Assembly (NCBI GenBank): GCA_001662655.1
Contig: KV460206.1
Source: Pseudogymnoascus verrucosus
Lineage: Eukaryota
Length of the DNA: 64,000 nucleotides
Strand: one strand, 5' to 3'
The notes under the pieces: generated by a model
Told to the model about the DNA's origin: nothing
Database searches by the model: none
What the model saw: only the letters and a program-made list of their open reading frames with translations
Translations under genes and position numbers: made by a program
Shown: positions 63,524 through 64,000 of the stretch, piece by piece
Position numbering within the stretch: position 1 is the first letter of the stretch
Layout of the letters: each line of letters opens with the position of its first letter

Positions 63524-64000
63524 TTATTTTAAAAAGTCCCCTCCGGTCTCTTTCAGGAGTAGATTATACTCCGGCCAGAATTGTGCGTACATGACCTCCG
63601 AATTACTTGTAGTCTTGCTTGTATATTTTGCAGCTTCGTCGGACACGTACCTCTTCTGTATTCCACTTGCCGCAGCAGCATCCGTGACAAGTTGTGTGTG
63701 GCAGGCACGTTCCAGTGCAATGAAAAAGGCAGCCGCCTCGGCAACAGTACCTCCAGCAGTCAGGACGCCATGATTCTGTAAGATAATGTTCTTCTTGGTT
63801 GGGCCTAGGGCATCTGCAAGTCTCTTGCCTTCATCTGCAGCAAGGACTGGACCAGCGAATCCTTCATATATGGCAAGACTGTCGTAAAACATACAGGAGT
63901 CTAGATTGCTGGAATTAACGACAGAATACAGATTGGTTGTAGATTATCACACACCTTGATTCAGCATTTCTAGTGGCTTTCCGAAAGTCGACCATGCCCT
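63524..64000 (-). CDS. Class II aldolase/adducin-family protein (5' part outside the window)
   Basis: AWSTFGKPLEMLNQD..CMFYD, EGKRLADALG, ILQNHGVLTAG, FIALERAC. Confidence 0.85.

Noticed and set aside
1..64000. tRNA, rRNA or CRISPR features
   Set aside because: None recognised by eye; tRNAscan-SE and Infernal would be needed to exclude small RNAs.

Overview
Filamentous-ascomycete (Pezizomycotina-like) genomic DNA with intron-containing genes and AT-rich, RIP-like repeat relics. From about 3.8 to 44.8 kb lies a complete-looking dual-PKS biosynthetic gene cluster of the azaphilone/asperfuranone type: two Zn2Cys6 regulators, an MFS efflux pump, an HR-PKS, an atypical SDR, a secreted flavin oxidoreductase, a P450, an EthD-like protein, a TropB/AzaH/AfoD-type dearomatising FAD monooxygenase, a Tri101/AzaD-like acyltransferase, an FSH1 serine hydrolase and a SAT-KS-AT-PT-ACP-cMT-R NR-PKS. 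Several catalytic motifs deviate from consensus: HR-PKS cMT His->Ser, HR-PKS ER GGVG->GAFA, acyltransferase HxxxD->HxxxP, and an SDR with no YxxxK that resembles MalC/PhqE. Together these suggest a non-standard product. A CGGASTTT motif recurs in cluster promoters. After a RIP relic, a second, probably catabolic gene group (46.9-64 kb) contains an ACS-type MFS transporter, an FAD monooxygenase, a hydantoinase-DUF917 fusion, a Zn2Cys6 TF, an S9 peptidase, an SDR, a small PII-like protein and a class II aldolase. Also seen are an NLR N-terminal-domain pseudogene and a TIR-bounded MITE-like element. Exon boundaries were read by eye and family assignments rest on remembered motifs, not database searches.
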